The translations under genes were made by a program, and so were the position numbers. From positions 17,839,432 through 17,903,431 of the forward strand of contig NC_092679.1 in assembly GCF_964355755.1 (NCBI RefSeq): a stretch of 64,000 nucleotides of DNA, given 5' to 3'. Below, one piece after another: positions 10,918-24,140 of this stretch. Position 1 is the stretch's first letter, and each line of letters starts with the position of its first letter. Below the pieces are notes generated by a model. The model ran no database searches. It saw only the letters and a program-made list of their open reading frames with translations, and was not told where the DNA came from. Origin of the DNA: Antedon mediterranea (taxonomy: Eukaryota; Animalia; Echinodermata).

Positions 10918-13900
10918 ATGTCACTTCTTCAAAACGGTGTTCTCGATAGTCTTGATGACTTGGGGTAATATTTTATTTGCTATTGTTTAATTTATATTTA
11001 GATATTATTACATTTTTTCGCCTTATTATGTGTACCTTTTACACGCTTCTGAGCTAGGCCTTGCTTGTGTTGTAGCTAAGCCTAGCTAAGTTGAAGTTGA
11101 TGACATAATACTATAGGCCTAGGCTATATGTTGTGTGTCACTCCGCAATATTGTTCCAGTCCGAGTCACTTCGTCCCTTTTACATATTTAAACTAATATA
11201 GGAATTGAATTAACTATTTTTTATTTATTACTGTTTTATCCACTTTTTTTTACCAATTCAATTTGTGATCATGAATGATGTCATTGGTGTCTGATCATTT
11301 CGGCCGCCAGTCATTTCGGCCGCCGGTTATGGAATTGCCAAATTCATGAAACGCCAAAAGGACAAAATATGTATTGTTAATTTCGGCCACCAGAATTGTA
11401 ATTATTCTTGAATATGTATGACACGCCATAACTTTAAATCTACTGCAAAAACAAAATGTATTTAGTCTATTGCACAACTGATCTCTAGTTTAAATGACCA
11501 TAGGCCCTAGTTCTCTGTGGCGTTCCATAGTCTTAGACTTGATAAAGTTATTTTTTTCACTGTAATACTGTACAGTTATTTCTGGCTATTTCAATTTGGC
11601 GCGCCATACCTGGCCGCCGAAATGATCATGCCATATTTTGTCCTTTTTGGAGTTTCATGAATTTGGTCGTTCCATAACCGGCGGCCGAAATGATTGGCGG
11701 CCGAAATGCACTGTGACCATGTCATTGACATTGTCGATGATGAATTCTCTTACATACTATATAGTCCAGTCAATCTACCGATAGACCCAAAACAAATTGC
11801 AATAGTTTCCGAACCTTTTTTATTTGATTCTATATGTTCCTGGAAGAAACATTTCCAAAATCTACCAAAATCGGTTCAGTGGAACATACTTTTTTAATGG
11901 GTCAAGAGGTCATGAGGGTCAAATTCTATATTTGTATATCTCAGTAACCGCTTGGCCGAACTTGGTAATTTTGGTGTCAAACAATTCAGAAGACCCATAT
12001 TTATATTCACTCTAATGAAAGTTTTTTTATAAAAAATGACCGGAATCCATGTTTTTGACCTTTAACCTATTATTTTGGCATATTCATATCTCGGTAACCA
12101 CTGGGCGTAAACAAGCGTTTTTGGTGTCAAAATACCCAGAAGGTCTATGTTTATATTCACTCTAATGAAAACGTTTTGTGTATTATGATCAGACGACATC
12201 ATTTTGACCTTTGACATATATTCATTATTTTATATTATTTCACTAATTAAATTTTTTGTATCTCGGTGACCAATAGGCGTAACTTCGTAATTTTTGTGTT
12301 AATCAATTCAGAAGACCCTTATTTATATTCACTCTAATAAAACTTTTTACAAAAAAATGACCGGAAACTACTCTTTTGACCTTTGACCTATTATATTGGT
12401 ATATTCATATCTTTGTAACCAATGGGCGTAGATGAGCATTTTTTGTGTCAAAATATTCAAAAGGTCTATGTTTATATTCACTCTAATGAAAAAGTGTTGT
12501 GTGTTATGACCAGAAGTCATCGTTTTGACCGTTAACATATTCTTTATTTCATATCTCACTAAATATATTTTTTGTATCGCGATGACCAATAAGCGTAACT
12601 TTTGTGTTAAACAATTCAGAAGAACCATATTTATTTACTCTAATGAAACTATTTTTACAGAAAATGACCGGAAGCTTTCAACTATTATATTTATATATTT
12701 GTATCTTTGTGAACTATTGGTTTAGATGAGCATTTTTTGTGTCAAACAACTCAGAAGGATATCCACTCTAATAAAAAATGTCTGTGTATATAGTCAATGC
12801 GAAAGTAATTATTTTGACCTTAGATATCTATCCAGAAAACGTTTAGTAATTGGGGCAATATATTGGTGTTATATTTCTTCATAGATCAGCACCCAAGATA
12901 GCATTTAACTATTCATAATTCTGTTTATATTTACTTTAAAAACACACAAAACAGAAAAATATCCAAATAGGCCTGGTTGAGAATATTTACCAATCGTCTG
13001 ATTTTACAAACCCATTGTTGAATCTTCAGAATCGGTATCTTCATTATCATCTAGTGAAATGTTTGCGCATACACCTCGACACTCACTACATGCCATGGAG
13101 CAATCTAATCCATTGTTCCTACAGCTGCATTTCATATTATAGCAGCCTGTTTTGCATTTGCATTTTATGATTTGTAGGACCGATTGTGGTGCTGGGGGGT
13201 TGTCCGTCAAATATGGTATCATCCTGCCTTGGCTGATCTTCCATCCATATTTATCTGGAGGTACATTTTCTTCATTTCCAAGCCAAACTTGAACTTGTTG
13301 GTACACCCTTAGACTATGATACTTTGCCGCTGATGCCGTTGGGGGTAAAGAACGTGGATGAACTGCTTTAGTACTGCATCTAGTCTTTTCATGAAATTTA
13401 CGAAACCTCAATTCATCTAGGTTTTCATTATCACTGCTACCATACAAAGACAAAATGGCGTTATTACCCGCTGCAATTACCTCCTGTCTGTTTGCTTTAA
13501 AGGTCATAAACACTTTCGCTTGTTCAGAAAAGAAACAGTCACTTCTTACTTTAGTTACTGCTTTGATTTTCCCAATACCAAAAAATCGCGATGTCGTGTC
13601 ACATCCAAGGAACGCGTGACAAAATAGGATATATTTACAAACATCGCTGCCAAGGTCAAGTCTTGTTGCTGCAATGTTCCAACATCGTTGCACCTTTTTA
13701 GTTTCTTTCCTTTGGTTTGGCTTGAACCATACATTATGTTTGGTGTGACCACCATGGTGGATAAGGAGGACCAGGATATCTGTATCATCTGCGATGACAA
13801 CCGTGCCTATTTGTTCTGCACAGAACAGAGCCATCTTCGACACAAGATAGTCAGCGTCAGCTTCTGCGTGGTGAACAGTACAACCTTCTTTTTCAAGACT

Positions 13901-16900
13901 ATTTTCCAAAATCTTAATGAATCTTTGTTTGTTTTGAACGTTTGACAGAAATTCTTCTCTTTTGGTTTGTAAGGTCATAGATTGGTCAAAGTGTACAGCT
14001 ACACCACCACCACCACTTCTCCTTGTATGTGTACAGTCTTTTGTACTTAGTGAGTTATCGTACCCATCAAAAACAACAATGGGTTTTCCATATTTGTGAG
14101 AAACATATTTAGTGTATACTCTCATATGTCACCCCATGAAGCCCCTCTTGTCCATGGAATTTTATGAAGTAGTGCTCCTCCATCTAAGACGTACTGAATT
14201 TGATCAGGAGGTTCTGGAGCAACCTCGATTGCTGTTGACCACAAACTATCAGCTAAACTTAGCTTTATTTGCAGACCTCATCATATCTGGTGATTCAAAC
14301 AATCTAAATATATCTGATACATTACAGGGACGCAGCCAGCAAAGAATTAAAGGAGGGTCAACCAAATATGTGAGTATTTTGCGAGCGAAGCGAGCAACCA
14401 TGGGCTGGGGGCCAGGGGACCGCCAAGGGCCCCCGGTTGGGGTCCAGGGGGCGAAGGCCCCTGGAAGCTTTGGCGGTCTAGCGCAATCTAGATCATTTGA
14501 ATCGGTTTACGCACACACAAATATGACAATGTTAACACTAATAAACTGAAACAAAGAAAACAAAAAACAACTCTCATTTTCATTACAGAACATTTTTATA
14601 TTCCAGGCTGCCACAGACAAACACTTTTTTTCTTGCTTGTTTGTTGATTTGTGTAGAGAGGCTGTAAACTCAGAGGAGGAATTATTTGAACATGGAGTGA
14701 TATTATTAAATGAGAACCGTAAGGTTAGAGTTCATACACTGTGCAAGTCCAAGAAGCTATCTTGGCTCCGTGTGTGTATGTGAGACGCTTATCATACCCA
14801 GTACATACAATATTTTGTTTAAAAATATAACTTTTTTGTTCGAATGTATAGTATAGGTGATAGCTTATACATAATTGTAATAACTAACTTCTAAATTATT
14901 ATCATACATTTTACGTTAGTTACTATAACGGCGCTCTAGACATCGCGTGATGCATCATAAGTTTGGAACATTCTTCTTGGCTTGGAGACAGAATTCGCGA
15001 ATGACATTCTCTGTATTAATGTTCATGTTAAAGTGTATGTTCATGAGGCACAATCCCGAAAGCTGCTCATAAGACATGTGATTTCGCAAACAGGTTTTCG
15101 TTCTCCACCAAGTCGAAAAACTCCGCTCAGCTTCAGCAGACGTTACGGGCATAGGCCTACGCGATTAGAAGAAGCGCACGCACATTCGGGAACACATCTG
15201 GATCCGCTAATTTTACACAGTCGCTTCCATCACTGAAGCTCGGAATGAAGATGTTCGTGTCTTGGCAGATCATCGTACCAAATTCAAGTTCCTTGAAGAC
15301 TTCTTCAACATTACACTTCACGATAGACTCGGGTGCTACGCCAAATATTTTAAAGCATGGCCTGTTATCGGTAGAAAAACGGGTTTTTAACTCGGTTTGT
15401 AAATGATCAAGAAGTTGATTTGGTAATACTGCTCGGTAGTAATCTTCCACAGTATCTCCAGGATGATTTGATCTGTATTGTTGTCTCATGTTTTTATTTA
15501 TTTTTTCTAAAAAAAAGGGGGGGTCAGGACCCCCGTGACCCCCGCACTGGCTGCGCCCCTGACATTATGGCATCTTGTGCCGGCAGTTACAAGTCGTTCA
15601 AATAGAAGTAAAGGATCTACATTGACCACATCATCTTTTATCTTCAATGCGCTTTTAGAGTTCATTGTAATGGATTGGCTCTTTTTCCGAAATGTGTAGT
15701 CGGCGACCTTTTGGTTTGTCATTGATTGCACAATTTGTTGACCTACATGCTTGGCATTGTGACAGTCTACATTGATATGTGCCGTCACTCCAGTTGCAAT
15801 GTTTGTCAGTAATTTTGTACTGTCTGTATTGAATGGATTTCGCAGTGTCAGATACCTTGATATGTCTTGTACATCACTGAGGTCCTTCATCTTTCTGGCA
15901 TATGTTGTTTCTTTATGTTGTTCACTGGTAGTATACGAAACGTTAGTGAACTCTTGCATTGAATGATTGATCTTGGCGCAGACTGGAGTTGAAAGGACCC
16001 ACCCAGACAAGTCGTTAAATTTCTGTTAATCCTCGCCCTCTTGTTAGACCTCCTCTTGTTTTTATGCTACGCATAAGACACTGTTCTATGGCAAGATCAG
16101 TTGATATTCCAGCCCAACGTCTGTCAGATCGCCGCACTTATTATTTGGTCAAATTTAAAATGTTATACTCGAGACTCGAGGTTTATTCATGACACGACTA
16201 GAAAATGTTAACGGTCAAAATAATGATTTTCGGTTATATTGTACATTTGCATTTGTTTTCATTAGTCTGAGTAAATATAAACAAATATACTGGTATAATA
16301 GGTCAAAGGTCAAAAACATAATTTCTATCCATTTAAAAAAAAACTTTTTCATTATAGTGAATATAAATATGAGTCTTCTGAATCTTTTGACACAAAATTG
16401 ACGAAGTTGTGCTTAGTGGTTACTGAGATATAAAAAATGTATTTACTGAGAAATCTAAAATAATGAATATGTGTCAAAGGTCAAAATAATGACTTCCGGT
16501 CATTTTACACGGATCTTTTCCATTAGAACTAATATAAACATTGACCTTCTGAGTAGTTTGACGCAAATAACGCTCATCTACGCCCACTGGTTACTAAGAT
16601 ACGAATATACGAAAATATACAATAAAATAGATCAAAGGTCAAAAACATGCTTTCCTGTAATTTTTGGTAAAAAGGTTTCATTAGAGTACATATAAATATG
16701 GGTCTTCTGAATAGTTTGACACCAAAATCAACATGCTACGCCTAGTAGTTTTCAAAATAGAAAAATGTGTAATTTGACCCCTATGACCTTAAAACCCCTT
16801 AAAAAGTATGTTCCACTGAACCGATTTTGGTAGATTTTGGAAATGATCTTCCCAGATGCTTATAGAATCAAATAAAAAAGGTTTGGAAACTATTGCAATT

Positions 16901-19900
16901 TGTTTTGGGTTACGCCCTTTTTTGTCATAGATTGACTGGACTAATAGGAAGGCTATATTGTAATTAAATCTACTCTACAGTAATTCTAGTATCGTGTCCA
17001 TTAAACGACTTCATATACATATAATAGTCTGATATGATTATTGTAGTACTGTTTTCTTACAAAACATGGAATATAACATTTTTGTTTTTAGTTATGATGG
17101 ACCACTTACTGAAGAAGATGCATTTACACAAGCCCTTCGATCTGGTTCCAGTTCTCCTGAGTTCACCACCCTAGTGTCATGGATTGCAGGTCAACTCAAA
17201 CTCATATGCCATCTAGAAGAATCTATAGCTGCAACTACTAGTAATGTGCTTTAAGCTCTGTCTACACTATCAAACTTTATGTGACAAAAAAATGTGATGT
17301 GCCCATATATGGACATGATGATGTCATATCACTACAATGTTTGGACCTGCATATCAAACCCATACTTGGACACTCTGTGTAAACAGAGCTTTAGAATATA
17401 ATTATATTATATAAGATTATATACTTTATTGTACTCTTTTGTTTGTTGTGTAGGACCTACAGTATGTTTTAATTATGAACTTTATCTTTTTGTAAGGTGC
17501 TGAAGATTTAGAAATGTTTGAGATGGAAGTAAGCGGTTTTCTGAAAGAGATGCACTGCCCTCATGCCTGTCTTATAGAGGGCGACCTTCACGAACGCCTC
17601 GGTAATGAAGAAAATAGACTGAAACTTCTAGATTTCCTGACGACAGAATTACAGGCAGCCAAGATGATTGCGATGGATCCTTCTAATGTAAAAAATTCTG
17701 AAGAAAACGCGGAAGTAGGTGTATTTAATATTTGGGTATGGGGGGGGGGGGGGTGAGAATGGTTCCAACGTAACTCAAAATTAAGGTTACCAAAAACATT
17801 CAGAAGAAATACATCAACCAGCACACACAAGTATCATCTGTAGAATGTTCAGAACTGTTCAACATACTGTAGAGTCTCTCATTGCAATAACATACACAAT
17901 TTTAAGCATAAATACATATTTTTTATTTTGTCTATATTTCAGATTGGTTGGAATGAGTTCAGTAAATATCTTAAACGTATTTGTGTAGATCTTGCATTGT
18001 CTAAACCGCCTCCCAATGTTACAGAAGTTCAGTTATTTAACAAGTTAGAATCACAGCTACGGTCAGTCATTAGTCAAGCCCCTGATGGACAACTTGGGAA
18101 ACCTTTGATGAAGTTTTCTCTGAATATCAAGCAATGGGTAACATGTTTTTTACAAATATCTTTTTTTGCTGGTTTAAAATTCTTTTTTTAAAACATGGAA
18201 AAATACACTTTCAAGTTTACTAGTACTTTCCAGATTCCCTCTAATAATAACTGTACTGATAAAAATAAATGATTTGTTTATTTTTAGGGTGCATTGCAAG
18301 GCATAAACAACAAATTGAAGTTAGAATATCAACTAAGGAGACAAATGTTGTTAAAACGTTTGGATGTTACGGTTCAGTCTTTTTGCTGGTCAAACAAAAT
18401 ATCAGTAAGTATCTTGCACATATCTTCAATAGATTAACCTTTAGTTACTGTACATGTATAGATGTTATTTGTTGTTTATATTAGATAGTGGAGATGTAGT
18501 TTGGTGGTGTGCTTGCTTTCCAATTCCAGGGTCCATGGTTCAATCCTGAGCTAGTGCCAGGGTTGTAACTCACGACTTGTTGTAGCTCCACTCCATAAGC
18601 CTCAAATGAGACTTGGTTTATAAGCACAATAAATTATAAAAAATAGTTTATCCATCCTGTAATTGGCGAGTTGCTCGCTGTTCGATGCGTGTGAAATAAA
18701 AAAATTTAAAAATGTATTAATTTCTTCAATTTCTAAAATTGTATATTTCATTATCGCGCTGCTCCTTTAGGCAGTTGTAGTCAAGAGAACGGAATCAACA
18801 GCGCTGCAAATTAAGGGGTATTTGGTCGCATTTGCGACCTAATTTTTCTGTTTGCGACTAAAGAAACAGAATAGGTCGCGCATAGCGCGACAAGATCGTC
18901 TGCTTGTGCGAGTTGTTTCAAATTGAAGTCGGGTGTGTTTTCCCTTTTTCAAACACTGTGTAATTTAATCTCTCTACTACGGAAGGCTCAGGAGTTTCTA
19001 CTAGTCACCGCCGCCGCAAAGGTGTCAGGTTCATTCAAGCGTACAAAGCCCCTAAACATTTTACACTCGTTGTGATTGGAAGTTCGTCCATTTATTGCAT
19101 GCTGCCTTACCCAATCACACAAAAGGACACCAAACACACAGCACAGTGTGACGCGCGGACGACACAAACCTCGTGGAAAATCACCGCCGTACACACAGAA
19201 GTTAGCCAGGGCGGGCGCGGTAGATACAAAGGATTGTCGCCGCGCAGTCATCAGCATTTTTTAGGCAGTATAAATGGTTATATCATGATTAATAAATAAT
19301 GTAATTAATGATATATATAATAATATCTATTCACTATATAGATTAAACAGCAGTATTGTTTATCAGTAGATTTAATACTTTATTCCAGATTCTGATTATC
19401 GAAAATTATATATCAGAGAAAATACCGCAACTTTTCCTACGAAGTAGCTTCGTAGATAAAACAGGCTACGTTGTTGGCTTTGTATGTAGGTTACATTGTT
19501 TGGCTTCGTTAGTATAAACCTCAATAAACAACCTCACGATGTTCTTAGTAAGTAACAAGGTGTGAAAATTATTATTTAATGTGTTATTTTTGACTGGCGG
19601 AGGAGGACCAATTTGTACATTACTAAGAAATATATAATATAATAGTTTTTATTCGTAAATATTTCATTCGTGTGTGTTTTTTTACTCTCAACGGCGAATA
19701 TAAATTTCCTACAATGTAAACGTAGAGACACGATCCAACAAAATGAACTATGCCAACTAATAAAAATAATATAGCGAACGTTCAGTCGATCCAGAAACAT
19801 GCAAACAAAAAGATCGTAAACAATTCATTCTAAATATAGTATCAGAACGTTCAATAGGTCGCTCAAAAAGATTGCCGACAGAAGACCGTAATTAATACAG

Positions 19901-22900
19901 ACCTAGTTTTTTGGTCACATGTCATGAAACGCGATACTCTGTTTTACCACCGCAAACCTCTCGCATGTTTTTTTTACTCGGTACGAGGGGGATGGCTACA
20001 AAACAGTGTACCTGAATTTTGCGTCACATGAAACGTAATACAGCTCTAAACTGTTCCCACGGTTCGCACGTTTTTCCCCTCCAAATTCTGGTCGGGTCTT
20101 TTGTCGTAATAATAATTTACAAAGGCCTATGTTAAATCTTAACATGGAATATATATTTATTTTGCATATATTTTGTTGGTGTCCTAGCCAAGGTGTTGTT
20201 TTTATAATTCGCTAAAAAGGTAGGATTGAATCATGTAGGCCGCCAAAACTCTCTCTGCGTGAGCTGAGGGCCCGATTTCGTCTCGTCAGCGGATGTCCTG
20301 CCAAATTAGGACAACCGATGTGTAGGGCGGCTACAAAAATTAACGTCTAGGAATAGGATTTTAATTAGCCAACAATACATGTTTGTTTCCATTGTTTATG
20401 CTCCTAACTAAAGGCGATGACATTGGTGTTTACAAATTACTAACCCTACGAACCACAGTACGATCGACGCGTAGATATTATTATAAAATCGTAGGCATGG
20501 CAACGAACAAAACTTTGGAAATTACAGGATATGTTTAGCCATGGAGGAAATTTTTTCCTCCATGGTTTAGCGAACAATGACCTACGATCTATTTACGCGT
20601 AGGCTACGAAAGGTTACGCGTATATACAAAGCAGTAATTTCTTTCTGTACCGTAAAAATAATAGATCTTGCGTGAATATAAGTGGCGCATCAGGACCAGT
20701 GCCTAAATGTGCATAACCCAAATTAATTTAATTCTTCAGTGCTGAATTTTTATGTGCTCAGAAATCGATTGAAACAACCTATAATTACTCAAAAAACGCC
20801 CCCCCCCCCCAAAGCGGGGCCATTGGCGGCCCCCCTGACCCCCAGCCTAAGGTTGTACTGTATTTCATTTTTATACACACCCCCCCCCCCCCCCCCACCT
20901 AAACTAAAAACGGATCTGCGCGGATGGGGTTTGAGGGAAGGGGGTTAGTTGTCGATGAAAATGTGCTACTAAAAAAATTGGTGGTGCTACCAAAAATTAT
21001 TATGAGCCATCATACAAATTTGATAGTGCTACCAAGTAAAAAAGTTAATTTGCAGCCCTGATCAATTAAAGGAAACAATTACCATGCGGTAGCTTATTTC
21101 TACCTCAAAATTGGGTACAGTATTTGGAAACTCGGACTGGGCATGCTCAAACCCTAAAGCATGGCTGGGAGAAGAGAGTCTATGAGACATGTAATCTAGT
21201 CTGTAAGACCTGTTATTTATCATTGAAAAATGATCAAATCCTTCTTCTATGATAAATAGTTTTGGCAAATGGTGTGTGTATACCCCAAAGAGTCAAGCGG
21301 CGTTTTTTGTAAGAAATATTTATTGTTTTTAACAGGGTAAAGAAGATAAATTTTCTCAAGCTTATCAACCAAAGAGAATGATACTGAAGGCTCAAAGTGA
21401 TACGTCATTAGCTCATCTGTTAGCAGCAAGAGAAGGTAATGAACAACACTAGAACACGAAGCACATGAAATTTGCTAACTGGGGTTTATTTATTATTATT
21501 TATTTTTTATACTGGGTATCTTTATACTGGGTAGCCTGTAGACTCATGATAACCCCCTATTCTTTAAGGAATGAATCAGATGTGTACACTGGACCTATGG
21601 TATATAGTCCTTATCCGAGAAGACTTGTTTTACCACCAGAACCATGGGGCGAGTGAGCCTCGAACCCTTGCCAATGTTATGGCTTCGTAATACGGTCTTA
21701 ACCGCTCGGCCACTCACTAAAAATGTGTCTATTTCATTTCAGATTTAACAATGCAGAATAGGACAAGTGATAAACGAGTTAGGACCAACACACAGACACC
21801 AATAACAAAAGTGCTCATGGGAAGGGTAAGTGACATTTTAAATAATTAAATGTCATTATATCTAATAGGGACCGAGAAATGCAGTTGTTTGTTGTGACAA
21901 AAATGACTTATATTGACGCCGACAGTAACATTTTAACTGTGTATACCTAAATTTCAGGTGGGAATGTTAGCTATATTTAAAATTAAAACAATTATAATAG
22001 GCGCTATAAAAACAACTTATTAGCTATCATATATTACATTGCATCTATGCCCATTTAAAGCATGTTTACAACGGTCGAGCTATGTTAATAATTTCTCTGT
22101 GTTAATCTTTCAGGTACCAGATAGAGGAGGGCGCCCTCAAGAGGCTACACCACCACCCCCCGAGATGCCTGCATTTAAAAAGAGACAAGAAGGGGGTCAA
22201 GGAGGTATGTCATAATCAATTGTTTTGTAAATTCTTTTTGGTGGATTTATTTAGTGTTGGTAGTATTTTAATTATATGCAAATTTCTGTTATGAATATAT
22301 TTACATTATAGGTGGTAGAGGAGGCCATGGGCGAGGTGGAGCAGGAAAGGTGCAAGGAGGTAAGTTTTAAGGAACTTTTTCTTTTGTTTTTTAACAAGGT
22401 CCCCTCCAAATAAATTTCCTGTTTCTGTTACTGTAAATTGACAGTATTTCCTTCAAATATAGACCCGATAATGATTTTTAATGTAACATTTTTTTTAAAT
22501 CCAGTCAGACGAAACAAGACTTTTATTGGGGTCCTGAATCCTTACCTATAAGTCTATTCAGAACACCTGAATTTTCTGAAAACTATAGGCAATCCATGAT
22601 TGAAAACTAAAAAGCCATGATTCAAAGTAACAATGTTATATGAAATCTTTTAGGTTGGAGTAGTGGCGGTGGACAAAGCTGGGATAGTGGTGGAGGAAGC
22701 AGTTGGAATCAAGGAGGAGGCGGCTACAAAGGGAAGGGTCGGGGAGCCTACCAAGGGGGTAGAGGTGGGTACCAGGGAGGTGGGGGTGGAAACCAAGGAG
22801 GTGGGGGTGGATACCAAGGAAGTGGGGGTGGATACCAAGGAAGTGGGGGTGGATACCAAGGCGGTGGGGGATACCAAGGGGGTAGTGGAGGTTATCAAGG

Positions 22901-22946
22901 AGGGCGTGGCAACAAGAGGAGAGGAGGGCGTGGTAGCTACAATTAA
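10918..22946 (+). CDS. FAM98: FAM98 family protein (FAM98A/B/C ortholog; tRNA-ligase-complex associated, C-terminal RGG/G-Y-Q-rich tail)
   Basis: Exons 10918-10964, 17092-17240, 17497-17714, 17943-18137, 18288-18404, 21336-21435, 21743-21825, 22114-22204, 22312-22359, 22654-22946. They encode MSLLQNGVLDSLDDLGYDGPL, SSPEFT, EVSGFLKEMHCP, RRQMLLKRLDVTVQSFCWS, AHLLAARED, KVLMGRVPDRGGRP, PPPEMP, then (GGGYQG)n. Confidence 0.92.
11293..11709. mobile_element. Foldback MITE (~420 bp) in FAM98 intron 1; related fragment at ~24485-24615
   Basis: CATTTCGGCCGCCAGTCATTTCGGCCGCCGGTTATGGAA...CAAAAGGACAAAATATG is mirrored by CATATTTTGTCCTTTTTGG...TTCCATAACCGGCGGCCGAAATGATTGGCGGCCGAAATG. Confidence 0.8.
13004..16137 (-). 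pseudogene. Disrupted Academ transposase/XPG-like ORF
   Basis: RRSDRRWAGISTDLAIEQCLMRSIKTRGGLTRGRG (16137-16030), VDPLLLFERL, then after removing the nested hAT MRSANKA and YVLDGGALLHKIPW. ORF 13004-14125 has VVFDGY, EADAD, DDTDILVLL, GCDTTS, LPPT, CKCKTGC..CSC..CS..C..C. Stops and frameshifts are present. Confidence 0.85.
14325..15561 (-). mobile_element. hAT-family element nested in the Academ ORF, 6-bp TSD (ACATTA), with a remnant of the hAT C-terminal dimerisation domain
   Basis: TIRs CAGGGACGCAGCCAG / CTGGCTGCGCCCCTG, and ACATTA at 14319-14324 and 15562-15567. 14955-15489(-) encodes FPNVRALLLIA...MPVTSAEAERSFS..KTCLRNHMS..LSGLCLMNIH. Confidence 0.88.
17254..17390. mobile_element. ~140-bp hairpin MITE (AGCTCTGTCTACAC family, PIF/Harbinger-like), FAM98 intron 2
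   Basis: TTA-AGCTCTGTCTACACTATCAAAC...AAACAGAGCT-TTA. Confidence 0.8.
18488..18700 (+). mobile_element. tRNA-derived SINE-like copy (same family as 52900-53092 on the minus strand)
   Basis: GTGGAGATGTAGTTTGGTGG (A-box-like)...GGTTCAATCC (B-box)...CTCCACTCCA...AGACTT(G/T)GTTTATA is shared with the copy at ~52940-53090(-). Confidence 0.55.
18799..21060. mobile_element. Non-autonomous hAT-like element (2.26 kb) with a 5-bp TSD (ATCAA), FAM98 intron 5
   Basis: TIRs CAGCGCTGCAAATTAA / TTAATTTGCAGCCCTG, ATCAA at 18794-18798 and 21061-21065, subterminal GCGAC(C/T)/GTGCTAC motifs, and no transposase ORF. Confidence 0.82.
21560..21717 (-). mobile_element. tRNA-derived SINE (same family as 37572-37760)
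   Basis: Minus strand reads TGGCCGAGCGGTTAAG...GGTTCGAG...AACAAGTCTTCTCGGATAAGGACTAT, shared with the copy at 37572. Confidence 0.7.
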
Positions 22947-24140
22947 CAATGCTGAAATATATGAGGTTATCAAGGAGGGCGTGGCAACAAGAGGAGAGGA
23001 GGGCGTGTTGGCTACAATTAACAATGCTGAAATATGCTAGTGTACTTAATAGAAAGGCTGAAATCTAATATTTTTGTTTTGCAATAGTATCTTATTCAGG
23101 TATAAATACAGTATATTCAGAGATCTGTTTAACACATTGATGTTGATTTCATTATAAATATAAGGTGCCTTGGAAACGCATAGTACTTAATGCATTGTCC
23201 TTTTAATCTGTCTACTGTAGATCTTCATAATATGTACTATTATTTATTATCATCATTTATTACTATCTCAGTTTGTGCTGATATTCCATATTCAAGTATG
23301 ATAAGAGGATGCTTAGTACATTATGTAAAAATGTCCTTAAATGTAAATGCAGTAAGACCCCTATTAGGGGTTGTTATCCAACAAATTGTCCCTTGAAAAG
23401 GCTTTGGCTGTAATGGTAAAATATTTATTGTTTCACAGAAAAGTCTTCCTTTATACAGGTGTCCCAAAGGAGGTGTTCTACTATATTTGAATAGGCCTAT
23501 TGCGATGCACTTAAGAAAACTTAATTTCTACTGAAATGTATTTTTAAATGGTTTTAATTACTGTAATGCAAATTAAGCCTCTTTGAGAATTTGTTTTGTA
23601 TGTATTTCAGGATTAAACAAACTGTGTTACATTAATTTCTAAAAACTGCTTCTAAAGCAGATCTCTTTGGTGTGCTAAAATTCTAAAGTACATATTAGAA
23701 CAATTTTTCCTTTCACTGTTCTATAGAACAATTTATTTAAATACAGTCTACATTTTTGTTGGGATTTAAACCATACTTTTGCTGAATTCATAGTATTCTT
23801 TGCATTACCTATTATTTTCATCATACATTATGAATTTTACCTTTTAATGTCAAATAAGTTGACAGTTTATATCTACTATCATTATTTATTAATGCCAGAG
23901 TATGGCATGTGTGAGAAAAAAATATTAATAACAAAAATATAATCCAAATAGAGTACTGTATATATTTTGTGTGTAGTCTTTAGTTATGTTTTGGGCGGGT
24001 CAACTTCAACAGCATTCAATCATTTACATTTTTTAACTGTGACTTTAAAATTAATGTTATAAAATCAATGTATGAAAAAAACTTTGTCCGAACCTAAAAC
24101 TAGAGGGCGCATGTCATGTCATGAATCAACAAAAAACAAC

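Larger units (their letters stand above)
11762..16943 (-). mobile_element. Academ (AcademX-type) DNA transposon, internally deleted and decayed, in FAM98 intron 1
   Basis: Termini TAGTCCAGTCAATCTA...TAGATTGACTGGACTA, a 3-bp ATA duplication on both sides, and long repeat-rich inverted arms (~11762-12840 / ~16170-16943). Coding remnants carry an XPG/PIN-like domain and a Cys-rich C-terminus. Confidence 0.85.

Noticed and set aside
14112-14549. 145-aa plus-strand ORF
   Set aside because: It is antisense to the Academ remnant and runs across the hAT junction, so it is likely a chance ORF.
22650-23040. ORFs 22650-23024(-) and 22663-23040(+)
   Set aside because: They are alternative frames of the repeat-rich FAM98 last exon. 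Splice phase selects the Gly/Tyr/Gln frame ending at 22946.
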